A DNA stretch of 64,000 nucleotides from Aromatoleum sp. (GCF_032027225.1 NZ_JAVSMM010000015.1:20093-84092); one strand, 5' to 3'. Shown: positions 39,811-50,038, counted from the stretch's first letter. The notes: generated by a model not told the origin, from the letters alone. Program-made: numbers and translations.

Positions 39811-41265
39811 ATGCAGATCGCCCAGAACAGGCTCGTCCCCGTCCTCGCCGTGATTGCCCTCACCGTGACGGGCTACATCCTCTACAAGCAGAGCGAGACA
39901 CCGGGCGTCCAGCCAGGACCGTCGCTGACCAAGGTGCCAGAAGCCCCCTTGCCGCCCACTGCCAAGGGAGCCGACGCCGACACGCCGCAGGAAACTCTCA
40001 AGACCGTGGTCGCGGGCTACACCGAGCTGAACGACCAGATGCGGTCCCTAATCGGCGAGAACCGCCGCCTGCAGGAGCAGAACGATCGCCACCAGCTCAG
40101 CGAGGACCGCATCCGCGAGCAGCTTCGCCGCGAGCTGCGCACCGAGATGGCAGCCGAGATGGACGCTCTCAAGCAGCAGCGGGCCGCCGCGGCCGACCCG
40201 CAGTCGTCGGGCGGTCTGATCGGATCAGCAATCGGCGCGGCGAACCTCCCTGCGGGCTTTGGCTTCGATAAGGCGAAACCGGATGCGCCAGTGATGGAGG
40301 GCACCACCGCGCCAACCCGCGTCCTGCCGCTGGGCTACGAGATGGGTAAGGGCACGGACGGAAGGCAAGGCGTCGTGCGCAAAGTCATCCTCGCCGAAGC
40401 GGCGCCGCCCGCCAGCCGGACGACGCGGGCCGAGGCTCGAACGGTGTCCCCTGCCGCCACGCCGTTCTACACGATCCCGGAGAACGCGACCCTGACAGGT
40501 GTCGCCAACATGACCGCGATCATCGGCCGGGTACCGGTAGACGGCAAGGTGACCGACCCGATGCAGTTCAAGCTTCTGCTGGGACCCGAGAACTTGGCCG
40601 CCAACGGTCATTACCTTCCCCGCAACCTCGCCGGTATCGTGGTGTCGGGCATCGCCATCGGGGACATGACGCTCGCGTGCGCCGAGGGCCTTATCCAGTC
40701 CATGACCTTCGTCTTCAACGACGGAAGCATCCAGACGGTCAGCCGACGCCGCGACGGGACGACCCCGCTATACGGCGCGACCGGCGGGTCGGCCGGCGGC
40801 AAACCTTCGCTCGCCGCGGCGCCGAAGCTCGGCTGGATCTCCGACCGCCACGGCAACCCTTGCGTCCCCGGGCAGTTCGTCACCAACGCCCCGGCCGTCC
40901 TCGCAGACACCATCGGCCTGCGGAGCCTCTCCATCGCCGGCCAGGCAGCGGCCGCAGCCCAGACGACCACCACGGAGAACGTCTTCGGGACAAGCTCCAG
41001 CCGGGTCACGGGGAGCAAGGGCACCTACATCCTCGGGCAGATGGCGAGCGCCGGCACCGACGAGGTGACGAACTGGCTGATGCGCCGGCTCGCCGACAGT
41101 TTCGATGCGGTCGTCGTACGTGCTGGGGGCGAGGTGGACGTGCACATCGACGCCGAGATCCAGATTGACAAGGCGCCCGACGCGCGGCGCATCGACTACG
41201 GGCGACTCGACGCGCCGGCAACCACGACTTCCCATCTGCGAGGCAGCTACCATGGACTGGACTGA
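39811..41265 (+). CDS. ICE protein, PFL_4705 family-like (TIGR03752-type, TraB-like)
   Basis: AGGAGG RBS. N-terminal TM, a coiled coil (NDQMRSLIGENRRLQEQNDRHQ), and a C-terminal beta-rich domain. Confidence 0.6.
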   Translation: MQIAQNRLVPVLAVIALTVTGYILYKQSETPGVQPGPSLTKVPEAPLPPTAKGADADTPQETLKTVVAGYTELNDQMRSLIGENRRLQEQNDRHQLSEDRIREQLRRELRTEMAAEMDALKQQRAAAADPQSSGGLIGSAIGAANLPAGFGFDKAKPDAPVMEGTTAPTRVLPLGYEMGKGTDGRQGVVRKVILAEAAPPASRTTRAEARTVSPAATPFYTIPENATLTGVANMTAIIGRVPVDGKVTDPMQFKLLLGPENLAANGHYLPRNLAGIVVSGIAIGDMTLACAEGLIQSMTFVFNDGSIQTVSRRRDGTTPLYGATGGSAGGKPSLAAAPKLGWISDRHGNPCVPGQFVTNAPAVLADTIGLRSLSIAGQAAAAAQTTTTENVFGTSSSRVTGSKGTYILGQMASAGTDEVTNWLMRRLADSFDAVVVRAGGEVDVHIDAEIQIDKAPDARRIDYGRLDAPATTTSHLRGSYHGLD

Positions 41266-41749
41266 TTCTTCCCGAATCGCGCGACTCCTTGCGGCCGCCA
41301 CGGTGGCGGTCGTCGCGCTCGGCGCCTGCAGCGTTGCCGGGCCCCGCAAGTCGCCCTTGCCGGACGATGGGCCGACCGTCGAGGAGATCTACCGCAAGCG
41401 GACCTCCGAGAACCAGGGCATGCGTGCCCGCGAAGCCCTCCCGCTGCGGCCCGCCACCGAAGTCCTGCCCGGCCCCGTCCTGGAGCCGGCGATGCTCCAG
41501 CTCGAGCGCCGCTTCGCCCGGCTCCCCAACCCGGATCTCATCATGATCGTATTTCCCCACCTGTCCCGCGGGAAGTACCCGGCGCCCGGCTACGTGACGG
41601 CGTTTCCGATGTACGAGCGGGTCGAGTACCTGCTCCCCGGCGAGGCGGGCGCGCTGCGGCCGGACCACCGATCCACTCCCGCGTCCACGCCCACCGCTAG
41701 CGTCCCCCCGGCGCGCAATCCCGCCGCCAGCCGGGTTGCCCAACCCTGA
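41252..41749 (+). CDS. conjugative transfer region lipoprotein (TIGR03751-type, TraV-like)
   Basis: Lipobox VVALGAC at the N-terminus, then PNPDLIMIVFPHL. Overlaps the previous gene's end. Confidence 0.65.
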   Translation: MDWTDSSRIARLLAAATVAVVALGACSVAGPRKSPLPDDGPTVEEIYRKRTSENQGMRAREALPLRPATEVLPGPVLEPAMLQLERRFARLPNPDLIMIVFPHLSRGKYPAPGYVTAFPMYERVEYLLPGEAGALRPDHRSTPASTPTASVPPARNPAASRVAQP

Positions 41750-41762
41750 CGGAGCGATCGCC

Positions 41763-44612
41763 ATGCTCGGATTCATTCGCATGTTGGGACTCGCGTCAAA
41801 CGCCGGGGCCGCCCCTGATCACGCCGAGGCCTCGCGCCGCGAGTCGGCCGTGCGGAGGAAACCACTCCCGGTCCGGGAGCGCCGGCGGCTCGCCTCCCGC
41901 CCACCCAGCATCACCGACCTGCTGCCCTGGCGGGACTTCGACGAGAAGACCGGCACCTTCCTCCTCGAGGACGGCGCCTCGCGCGGCCTGCTCTACGAAC
42001 TCGATCCGATGCCGAGCGAGGCTTGCGCCGATCAGTACCTCAAGGCACGCTGCGCCGAGATTCAGGCGGCGCTTCAGGCCCTGCCCGAGTATGACGAGGC
42101 GCCGTGGGTGATCCAGTTCTTCTGCAACGACGACACGGATCTCTCGTGGCAGATCGAGCGCATACGCGACTACATCATCGCGGTGCATGCCAAGGCCCCG
42201 GAGCGGGCGCGGGAGATTCTCGCGAGCGAGTTCACGCGCCACTTCCTCGCCGAGATGGCTGAGCATCTGTCGCTCGTGGCCCGGTCCGAGGGCCTCTTCT
42301 TCGATGAGGGGGTGTCGGGCAACCGATGGCGCGGCCAGATCCGTCGCGTGCGTTGCGCCATCTACCGTCGTTTCCCGCCGGGCTTTGATTTCTCCCGGGA
42401 CCTCCTCGACCCCGCAGAGACGCTGCAGCAGGCGGCGCGCGGGCTCGTGGCCGGCCTGGCGCAGACCGGCATCCACGCCCGGCCGATGAAGGCCGCGGAC
42501 TTCTACGCATGGCTGCTGCCGTTCTTCAATCCGATGCCCGACTTCGCCGAAACCGTGGGCGAGCTCCTCCGGCTGTGTCCGTACCCCCGACCCGACGAGG
42601 CGCCGGACTACCTCGATCTTGGCGAACTGCTCTTCCTCGCCGCGCCCAAGTCGGATCCCGAAGCCGGTCTGTGGTTTTTTGACGGCCGGCCCGTACGGGC
42701 GCTGGCGCTGCAGTCGATGCGCAAGCTCCCCGAGATCGGCCACTTCACCGCCGAGCGCGACCACGCCGGCAAGCTCTTCGCGCGCTTCGACCGCTTTCCC
42801 GACGGCACGATGCTCTCGGCGACCATCGTGATCTGCCCGCAGGACACGATGACGGGTCACGTCGAAGCCATCAAGAGCGCTTCGCGCGCAAACACCCTCG
42901 AAGCCGCCCACACCTATGACGAAGCGGTGGCCGTCCTCGACAACATGCGCACCGACAAGCTTTACCCCATGTACCTCACCCTGTTCGTGCGGGGCGAGGA
43001 CACTTCACAGCTGGGGCGCACGGTGGCGGATCTCACCGCCGCGCTGCACACGTCGGGGCTCAGGTTCATCCAGCCGGTGGATGAGCTGCAGGGCTGCGAC
43101 GTGTTCCTGCGCGCGCTGCCGATGTGCTTCGATCCCCGCTTCGACGCCCGCCACCTGCGCCGCTCGCGCCTCACCTTCGCCTCCCAGATCGCGGCCCTGC
43201 TTCCCCTCTATGGGCGCGCCCGCGGCACGGGTAACCCCGGCTTCTGGCTGTGGAACCGCGGCGGAGAGCCCCTCCTGTTCGACCCCTTGAATCCCCGCGA
43301 TCGCAACAAGAACGCCCACCTCCTGACCCTCGGCCCGACCGGCGCCGGCAAGTCCGCCACGCTGTGCTATCTCGCAATGCAGATGATGGCGATCTATCGA
43401 CCTCGCTTCTTCATCATCGACGCGGGGAAGTCCTTCGGCCTTTTGGGCGAGCACATGCGCCGCCATGGACTCACCGTCAATCAGGTCGAGCTCACCCCCG
43501 ATACGGAGGTCAGCCTGCCGCCCTTCGCCATGGCCCCGCGTCTCTTCGATCAGGACGGCATCCAGGCCTTCGACGAGACCTTCGGGACGCCGGATGAAGA
43601 CGAGCTCCCGGAATCGGAGGCAGCTGAAGTCCCCACGGCACCAGACGACGATGACGAATCTGCCGACCCTGGCAAGCGCGACATCCTGGGCGAGATGGTG
43701 ATCGCCGCCACGCTGATGATTACCGGCGGAGAGGAACGCGAGATGCGCAGGATGAGCCGCGCGGACCGCTACCTGATCGCTCGCGGAATCCTGGCCGCCG
43801 CGCGCGAGGGCCGCGACCGCGGCCAGCCGCATCCGCGCGTGCAGGACGTCGCCCACGCCCTCATGGCCATGCGTAGCGACGAGGAGCTGGGCCCCGCGCG
43901 GCGCGACCGGGCCGAGGAGATGGGCCAGGCGATGATGGTGTTCTGCGAAGGCCTGCGCGGACGGCTCTTCGACCGGTACGGCGCGACCTGGCCGGATGCG
44001 GACGTCACGATCGTCGAGATGGGCACGCTGGCGCAGGAGGGCTACGAGGATGCTCTCGCGGTCGCCTATACGTCCCTGATCACCCACGTCCAGGCGCTAG
44101 CCGAGGCGACCCAGTATGACCATCGCCCCATCATCAACCTCACTGACGAGGGGCACATTATCACCGCCAACGACCTGCTGAACGTCTACTCGGTCAAGAT
44201 CACCAAGATGTGGCGGAAGCTCGGGGCATGGTACTGGCTCGGCACCCAGAACATGCAGGACTTCCCGGCCTCGGCCTCTCGCATCCTGAACATGTGCGAG
44301 CACTGGGTGCTGCTCACCATGGATCGGGACGAGATCGAACAGGTCGCCCGCTTCCGCACCTTGACTCCCGAGCAGCGCGCACTGATGGAGTCCGCCCGCA
44401 AGGAGCCGCCGAAGTACACGGAGGGCGTGATCCTCAATCCGCAGATGCAGGCCCTGTTCAGGAACGTGCCTCCGCCGCTCGCCATCGCGCTCGCGATGAC
44501 GGAGAAGCATGAGAAGGCCTGGCGCCTTGACATCATGAAGACCACCGGCTGCACGGAGCTCGAGGCGGCCTATGCGATTTCCCGCGAGATCGCGACGAAG
44601 AGGGCCGCGTGA
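41763..44612 (+). CDS. traC: conjugative transfer ATPase TraC/VirB4-like (PFL_4706 family)
   Basis: About 950 aa. Walker A LGPTGAGKSA, Walker B region FFIIDAGKS, INLTDEGHIIT. GGAG lies upstream of ATG 41763. Confidence 0.9.
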   Translation: MLGFIRMLGLASNAGAAPDHAEASRRESAVRRKPLPVRERRRLASRPPSITDLLPWRDFDEKTGTFLLEDGASRGLLYELDPMPSEACADQYLKARCAEIQAALQALPEYDEAPWVIQFFCNDDTDLSWQIERIRDYIIAVHAKAPERAREILASEFTRHFLAEMAEHLSLVARSEGLFFDEGVSGNRWRGQIRRVRCAIYRRFPPGFDFSRDLLDPAETLQQAARGLVAGLAQTGIHARPMKAADFYAWLLPFFNPMPDFAETVGELLRLCPYPRPDEAPDYLDLGELLFLAAPKSDPEAGLWFFDGRPVRALALQSMRKLPEIGHFTAERDHAGKLFARFDRFPDGTMLSATIVICPQDTMTGHVEAIKSASRANTLEAAHTYDEAVAVLDNMRTDKLYPMYLTLFVRGEDTSQLGRTVADLTAALHTSGLRFIQPVDELQGCDVFLRALPMCFDPRFDARHLRRSRLTFASQIAALLPLYGRARGTGNPGFWLWNRGGEPLLFDPLNPRDRNKNAHLLTLGPTGAGKSATLCYLAMQMMAIYRPRFFIIDAGKSFGLLGEHMRRHGLTVNQVELTPDTEVSLPPFAMAPRLFDQDGIQAFDETFGTPDEDELPESEAAEVPTAPDDDDESADPGKRDILGEMVIAATLMITGGEEREMRRMSRADRYLIARGILAAAREGRDRGQPHPRVQDVAHALMAMRSDEELGPARRDRAEEMGQAMMVFCEGLRGRLFDRYGATWPDADVTIVEMGTLAQEGYEDALAVAYTSLITHVQALAEATQYDHRPIINLTDEGHIITANDLLNVYSVKITKMWRKLGAWYWLGTQNMQDFPASASRILNMCEHWVLLTMDRDEIEQVARFRTLTPEQRALMESARKEPPKYTEGVILNPQMQALFRNVPPPLAIALAMTEKHEKAWRLDIMKTTGCTELEAAYAISREIATKRAA

Positions 44613-45148
44613 TGGACGCCCCGGATCCTCGCGTACCCCTTGCCGGCGACCTCGCCCTGAGCGCGCAGCTCGACCGCATCACAGCCGAAGCCCGCGGGCA
44701 TCACCGGCTGCTCTTCCTGGAGTACCTGCCCGACGACGCGTTTGCCCTGTGGGCCCGCGCCAAGGCGATCACGGAGCCGGACGACGTGGCCTACATCCAC
44801 CTCCTGGCAAGCGGCCGAGGGGTCGTTTCCGGCGTCATCGTCGGCCTCGAGGTGGGCGGCGACGACCTCGACGACGACCTCAGCACCGTGCTCTTCGGGC
44901 GGCCTCTGGTCCTCGTGGCCGGCCTCGACAAGGCCCGCCAGCATCTGGGCGGGCGCCTGTTCCAGTGGCTGGCCTGGGCCGCCGCCACGCTACCGCTCAT
45001 GGTCGCCAGCACCGCGGACGCTACGCCGTTCGTGCGTCATCTGGGACGCCACCCCGTCGACGTCGACCAGATCCTCAACGGCCAATGCTCGGGCACGGCC
45101 GCCGAACTCGCGGGCCGCGCCATCAAGTCCTCGCGGGAAAACCCATGA
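44612..45148 (+). CDS. hypothetical protein between traC and the PFL_4711-like gene
   Basis: 178 aa. TGATG overlap with the traC stop and ATGA overlap with the next gene. No motif recognised. Confidence 0.45.
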   Translation: MDAPDPRVPLAGDLALSAQLDRITAEARGHHRLLFLEYLPDDAFALWARAKAITEPDDVAYIHLLASGRGVVSGVIVGLEVGGDDLDDDLSTVLFGRPLVLVAGLDKARQHLGGRLFQWLAWAAATLPLMVASTADATPFVRHLGRHPVDVDQILNGQCSGTAAELAGRAIKSSRENP

Positions 45149-46464
45149 AGACGATGCGCAACATCACCGCCGCCGTCCTCCTTGGCCTCACCGCGACGGT
45201 CCTCCCGGCCGCCGACATCCCCAGCACCGGCTCCAGCCTCTATTACCGGCTGGGAGGCGGCGATCCCGCCTCGCGTGCAGCAAACCCCCGCGGCGTGCCC
45301 TACAAGCTCGCCCTGTCGGGGGTGGCACGCCTTCACTACTCATGCGGGGCCTACGACTTCGGGTTGTCCTTTCAGACCTTGATGAACCAGTTCGCGGCGC
45401 TTGGGACCCAAGTCACCAATGGCGTCAAGGCAGGCATCACGGCGCTTCCCCTGTACTTGTTCCAGCGTGCATCGCCCGGGCTGTATGAGCTCTTTCAGAC
45501 CTACGCCAAGAAGGCCGAGGTGGCGATCCAGATCGCCACCAAGAGCTGCGAGGAGATGGAGGCCCAGATCAAAGCCGGCGAGGATCCCTACGAGGATTTC
45601 ATACGCATGGCCAGGGGCGAGGCCTGGAAGCAGCAGGCGACCGTCACCAGGGATGTGGTAGCGGCGAAGGACAGTGTGGGCGTCAGTGCAGGGAATGACG
45701 GCATCACTTGGGTGGGAGGAGGAAAGGCCGGGGGAGTCGACCAGGAACCGGTCCGGATCGTATATGACACGGTATTCGGAGGTTTCAACGTCACAATGGG
45801 CCAGGCGCCCAAGACATCGTCCGCCACCTATCCCGCTGTCAAATTGACCGGCACCTTCCCCTCTCCGGGAAGCGCCGCCACGTACGGAACGGACGTACTT
45901 GGCGATGTCGAGGTCACTACCTGCAAGGAGAATGGCTGTCCGGTCCCGCAGTCGAAAACCGGCCTTGGCCTGATACAGAAATTCGAGCTTGAAATCCCGG
46001 TTGTGCAAGGGCAAATCGACGCCGTATTTGCCAACGTCGTGCCACGCGGGACGGATCTGGCGGCGGCCTCCGCCCCTGGGGTCGTCGTAACCCGTAAGCT
46101 CGTCGACGCCATTCGCGAGCTCCCTGCCATCGAGCAAGGCATTGCGCGCCAGCGCCTCGTCCAGGACTTAGCGCTGGCGAGGACCGTCGACAAGGCACTG
46201 ATCATCCGGAACCTGCTCCTGACGGGACGAATGATCCCGGAGGTGTACAAGACTGCGAATACTCAGATCGAATCCAAGCTCGCGGAGCTGAACCGCCACA
46301 TCGACGATGTGCTCTACGAGGCCAACGTTCGAAAGCGCGTCATCTCCGAGACGGCGACGGTCCTTTTGGACAGTTATCAGGCGGCGCGCGCTGCTTCGGC
46401 CGGAAACGCCGTGCAGCAGCCGGTCGACCAGCAACCCATGATCGGCGGGCGGGTGAAGAAATGA
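45145..46464 (+). CDS. ICE protein, PFL_4711 family-like (TIGR03755-type)
   Basis: Signal peptide, then SSLYYRLGGGDP...SCGAYDF...LYLFQRASPGLYELFQ, as I recall for this family. Adjacent to the TraG-N gene. The long track ORF from 44572 has an Arg/Pro-rich N-terminus, which I reject. Confidence 0.55.
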   Translation: MKTMRNITAAVLLGLTATVLPAADIPSTGSSLYYRLGGGDPASRAANPRGVPYKLALSGVARLHYSCGAYDFGLSFQTLMNQFAALGTQVTNGVKAGITALPLYLFQRASPGLYELFQTYAKKAEVAIQIATKSCEEMEAQIKAGEDPYEDFIRMARGEAWKQQATVTRDVVAAKDSVGVSAGNDGITWVGGGKAGGVDQEPVRIVYDTVFGGFNVTMGQAPKTSSATYPAVKLTGTFPSPGSAATYGTDVLGDVEVTTCKENGCPVPQSKTGLGLIQKFELEIPVVQGQIDAVFANVVPRGTDLAAASAPGVVVTRKLVDAIRELPAIEQGIARQRLVQDLALARTVDKALIIRNLLLTGRMIPEVYKTANTQIESKLAELNRHIDDVLYEANVRKRVISETATVLLDSYQAARAASAGNAVQQPVDQQPMIGGRVKK

Positions 46465-46835
46465 CCGTTCACCCGTTTCAGTCAGGACGTCGGCGCCTCA
46501 TCACCCGGCCGCTCGCCCGCTCCGCCCTGGCCACCGTCCTTGCGATCATCGCGCTCGCCGCCTTCGTCGTGGTAGCGATGGTCGCACTCGGATTCCGCGA
46601 CGATCTGGACGTCCTGCACCAGGTCGTGGGGCGGATCAAGCCGTATCTGGTCGGCGTGCACCTTCTCGCGATCGGCGCCCTGTGGCTCGCTTGGCCGTGG
46701 CTCGGCCACCACTTGCCGGCCCGATGGCCCGACGAGGCTCGCCGGGCGTTCCTCGGCGCGCGCCATCGGGTCTGCATCGGTCTGCTCTTCATCGAGCTCT
46801 TCGTGGTGCTCGGCATTCCGTTCGGTCGCATGTAG
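46461..46835 (+). CDS. small integral membrane protein (hypothetical)
   Basis: 124 aa with three predicted TM segments. ATGA overlap with the upstream gene. Confidence 0.5.
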   Translation: MTVHPFQSGRRRLITRPLARSALATVLAIIALAAFVVVAMVALGFRDDLDVLHQVVGRIKPYLVGVHLLAIGALWLAWPWLGHHLPARWPDEARRAFLGARHRVCIGLLFIELFVVLGIPFGRM

Positions 46836-46847
46836 GAGGAACCCGCC

Positions 46848-48440
46848 GTGAGCGTCGACAGTTACCTGGAGCTCTTCACCACCATGTACGGCTGGGCGTT
46901 CGCGGGTGTCTTTCGCGACATCCTCGTGGACACCGGCATCATCTTCCTCCCCTTCCTCTTCATCATCATCGGCACCTGGTTGCGCGCTCACGAAATGAAC
47001 GCGGTCGAGGGCGCCGATGCGGCCTGGATGGTCCGGAAGATGGAGGTCGAGTTCTGGACCGCCATCTTCGTCATGGCCTTCTGCTTCACGCCGGTCGGCA
47101 CCAGCCTCGAGAACGTCAAGCTCCACCACACCCCGGCAACAACCGCACTCAATCCGACCCCCGCCACTGCAACCGGAACGAATTCGGACAGCACCTACGA
47201 CGATGCCTTCAGCTCGGTGCCGCAACACCTCGAGCTGCCGCCCTGGTGGTTTGCCGTCATGAGCCTGTCAGGCGGGTTCAACGATGCGGTGCGTGGCGGC
47301 ATCTCCGGCGGTTTGAGCGGGCTCCGGGAGGTAGAGGAGTTCGCCCGTTCCGCCGCAGTGGAAGATCCGACCCTTCGCGCGGAGGTGCAGCGCTTCTACA
47401 ACGAATGCTACCTGCCGGCACGGTCCCGTTACCTCGAAGCTCCACCGTCCCCGTCCGCAGCAGCCGCACTGGAGGCCTACGGCGACGGCGATCCCGACTG
47501 GATGGGAAGCCACGCCTTTCAGACCGACCCGAACCTCTACCCGGCCCTGCATGCGCGGTCCGGCGTGCCGGGCTTCGCCCTGGACGTGGCCCGCCAGGAT
47601 GCCGACATGGACGCCAACTCCGCCGTCCCGGACTATGGACGCCCCACCTGTCACGAATGGTGGGCAGACCCCGCGCTCGGGGTGCGCGCCAAGCTGATCA
47701 AAGGTATCGGCAATCTCGCGGCGGCACCCACGTCGCTGACCGAGAAGGTGGCACTGGTTTTCAGCTCGGTGGCCGGCGAGAAGCGCGAAGATGGTTTGGC
47801 AAGGCTCGCCATGGGACGGTCGAACCCTGCGATTGCACCCGAAACGATGCTCCCCGACGACAACCGCAGTTGGTACCACGCCCTCCTCGGAGCCGGACCC
47901 GACGTCGCCGGAATGGCCGGAATGGTGAACAAGGCGCTTCACGCCCAGGCGTCCCGCTTTCCGATCATCCAGTTCGCGACCCTGGCCCAGCCCCTGATCC
48001 TCATGGGCATCTACATGTTCATGCCCCTGATCCTGGTCTTCGGGCGCTACAGCGTTCAGATCATGTTCCTGGGTGCGCTCGCCATCTTCACCGTCAAGCT
48101 GTGGCCGGTCCTCTGGTACATCGCGATGTGGATCGACGAACACCTGTGGGTCGCAATGTACCCGGACGCCGGGCATCTGCTGTTCAACGTCCTGCACCTT
48201 GAGTTCGACACGGCGCTTAAGCGCAGCACCTTAAATACGCTCCTGATCGGCCTTTACCTCGGGCTACCCCTGATCTGGAGCGGGATGATGGGGTGGGCGA
48301 GCCTGCACGTGGTCCACGGCATCGACGCCATGAAACACAGTGCAATCACAGCGGGCATGGCCGCTGGGCAATCCGGGACCAATATCGCCACTCGTTTCGT
48401 CGGTGGCGTCGGGAACACACTCCGGCGAGGTCGAGGATGA
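46848..48440 (+). CDS. conjugal transfer protein with a TraG N-terminal domain (polytopic membrane protein)
   Basis: 530 aa. MSVDSYLELFTTMYGWAFAGVFRDILVDTGIIFLPFLFIIIG and multiple further TM segments. Position is typical. Confidence 0.75.
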   Translation: MSVDSYLELFTTMYGWAFAGVFRDILVDTGIIFLPFLFIIIGTWLRAHEMNAVEGADAAWMVRKMEVEFWTAIFVMAFCFTPVGTSLENVKLHHTPATTALNPTPATATGTNSDSTYDDAFSSVPQHLELPPWWFAVMSLSGGFNDAVRGGISGGLSGLREVEEFARSAAVEDPTLRAEVQRFYNECYLPARSRYLEAPPSPSAAAALEAYGDGDPDWMGSHAFQTDPNLYPALHARSGVPGFALDVARQDADMDANSAVPDYGRPTCHEWWADPALGVRAKLIKGIGNLAAAPTSLTEKVALVFSSVAGEKREDGLARLAMGRSNPAIAPETMLPDDNRSWYHALLGAGPDVAGMAGMVNKALHAQASRFPIIQFATLAQPLILMGIYMFMPLILVFGRYSVQIMFLGALAIFTVKLWPVLWYIAMWIDEHLWVAMYPDAGHLLFNVLHLEFDTALKRSTLNTLLIGLYLGLPLIWSGMMGWASLHVVHGIDAMKHSAITAGMAAGQSGTNIATRFVGGVGNTLRRGRG

Positions 48441-48451
48441 TGGCGCCAAGA

Positions 48452-48760
48452 TCAGAAATGGACGATCGGGTCGCCGGAGAATGCGCCGACTCTCTCCCCG
48501 TTCCGACCGACAGAAATCGGTTCGCGACCATGCACCGTATAACCCGTGTAACCCCCCTCGGCGATGTCCAGGCCACCAAGAGGTCCGTAATCGAACGGTG
48601 CGATGGCGTTACGTCCGAACGCGTCAGCGCCACGTTCATGGTTCTCCACATCGTCGTCACGCCCAGTCGTCAGGAAGAAAGCCAACAGTTTCGCCGTCCC
48701 TGCCAAGAGAGCAAACGCGCCAACGAACGTCGCGCGGATTAGGTTCGCAATCGGCTTCAT
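48452..48760 (-). CDS. small membrane-anchored hypothetical protein, opposite orientation to the T4SS operon
   Basis: 102 aa. AGGAGG lies 6 nt upstream of the ATG (reverse complement of 48761-48775). N-terminal TM FVGAFALLAGTAKLLAFFL. Fills an otherwise empty 350-bp gap. Confidence 0.5.
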   Translation of the reverse strand: MKPIANLIRATFVGAFALLAGTAKLLAFFLTTGRDDDVENHERGADAFGRNAIAPFDYGPLGGLDIAEGGYTGYTVHGREPISVGRNGERVGAFSGDPIVHF

Positions 48761-48792
48761 ACGTGCCTCCTACGCCCGTGAGGAAAGTACCA

Positions 48793-49611
48793 ATGCCAAT
48801 AACCCATATTGAAAAATACGCCGTACGACCCGGTAGGTACACCTCGACGGTGTACCGCGCTGTAAGGCAGGTGGTGGCAAGCATCTGCATCCTGCCGTTC
48901 TCCGTCGGCATCGCCACGGCCGATTCGTCGAAGGCAGCCGACGACATCAAGGACGCCATCATGCATAACACTGCCAGGCAGGTCCGGCCCGTCTCGGTGG
49001 CTTCCACGCCGGTTTCCGGCATCTACGAGGTCGTCAACGGGATGGACGTGTTCTATGTGGACGCGACTGGTCGCTATGCCTTTGTGGAAGGTCGCCTGGT
49101 GGACATGGTTGAGCGCCGCGACCTCACTCAGGCGAGGCTCGAGGCGCTCACTGCGATCCCCTTCGCCGAACTGCCGATCGACATGGCGATCAAGACCGTG
49201 CGCGGGAACGGCTCGAGGCGGCTCGCTGTGTTCGAGGATCCGGCTTGCCCCGCGTGCCGGTCGCTGCAGTCGTCGCTCACCGCTCTCGACGACGTCACGA
49301 TCTACACGTTCACCTACCCTGTCGTCTCCTCCGACTCGATTCCCGCGGCCGTGGGCACCTGGTGCGGCAGCGATCACCCGGCCGATCAATGGCGGGCCTA
49401 CATGGAAGGTGCCCCTGTGCCACGGCAAATCGAGCCTCACTGCGAGCCCGCCATGGACCATGTCCGGCGGATCGTCGAGTTCGGACGTAGCCATGGAATA
49501 CGCAATACACCTACCCTCGTACTGGACGACGGGCGCCGGGTAGTCGGAGCGATCTCCGGCCCCGAGCTCGAAGAAGCCCTGACGCGCGCTGCCGAGGAAG
49601 CAGGCAGATGA
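48793..49611 (+). CDS. DsbC-family thiol:disulfide interchange protein
   Basis: Thioredoxin-fold active site FEDPACPACRS and a C-terminal GIRNTPTLVLDDGRRVVGA. Confidence 0.8.
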   Translation: MPITHIEKYAVRPGRYTSTVYRAVRQVVASICILPFSVGIATADSSKAADDIKDAIMHNTARQVRPVSVASTPVSGIYEVVNGMDVFYVDATGRYAFVEGRLVDMVERRDLTQARLEALTAIPFAELPIDMAIKTVRGNGSRRLAVFEDPACPACRSLQSSLTALDDVTIYTFTYPVVSSDSIPAAVGTWCGSDHPADQWRAYMEGAPVPRQIEPHCEPAMDHVRRIVEFGRSHGIRNTPTLVLDDGRRVVGAISGPELEEALTRAAEEAGR

Positions 49612-50027
49612 ACGCGACAATACGCCGGTTGGCCGCCTCTCTGACCTGCGCCACCGCCCTTCCGTCCGTCCTGGCCCAGGAGCGGGTCGAAGTCTTCCAG
49701 CTCAGCACGCAACTGCTTCGCGGAACGGGGACGGCAACGGTGTATCACGTGGATGGCATGGAGCGAATGACTACCGCCCTGTCCGCCGGGCTGCCCTCCG
49801 ACCCAATCCAGGCCGAAGCGGTCGCGAGGCGCCGCTTCGAGGCGCTCACCGACACCGACCGCCAGGCGCTCGGGGCCAGCGCACAGGGCCTGACCGCGGC
49901 CATGCAGTACCGGCTTACCAAGAGCCCGGCAATCGTATTCGACGGAGCGGCCATCGTTTATGGCGTCGAGAACGTGGATCAGGCCCGCGCCATCTACCGG
50001 ACGTGGCGTGCCCGGGGCGGCCGGTAG
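49608..50027 (+). CDS. ICE protein, PFL_4709 family-like (TIGR03757-type)
   Basis: ATGA overlap, signal peptide, LTKSPAIVFDGAAIVYGVENVDQA. Precedes the TraU-like gene. Confidence 0.6.
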   Translation: MNATIRRLAASLTCATALPSVLAQERVEVFQLSTQLLRGTGTATVYHVDGMERMTTALSAGLPSDPIQAEAVARRRFEALTDTDRQALGASAQGLTAAMQYRLTKSPAIVFDGAAIVYGVENVDQARAIYRTWRARGGR

Positions 50028-50038
50028 GGGAAGGCGGC

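Noticed and set aside
44572-45144. N-terminal 190 codons of the 630-aa track ORF
   Set aside because: This part is an Arg/Pro-rich frame overlapping the 178-aa coupled ORF. The recognisable protein starts with a signal peptide at ATG 45145.
46682-48202. 506-aa alternative-frame ORF inside the TraG-N gene
   Set aside because: Extreme Arg/Pro/Gly composition. The overlapping frame 46848-48440 encodes a coherent polytopic membrane protein.
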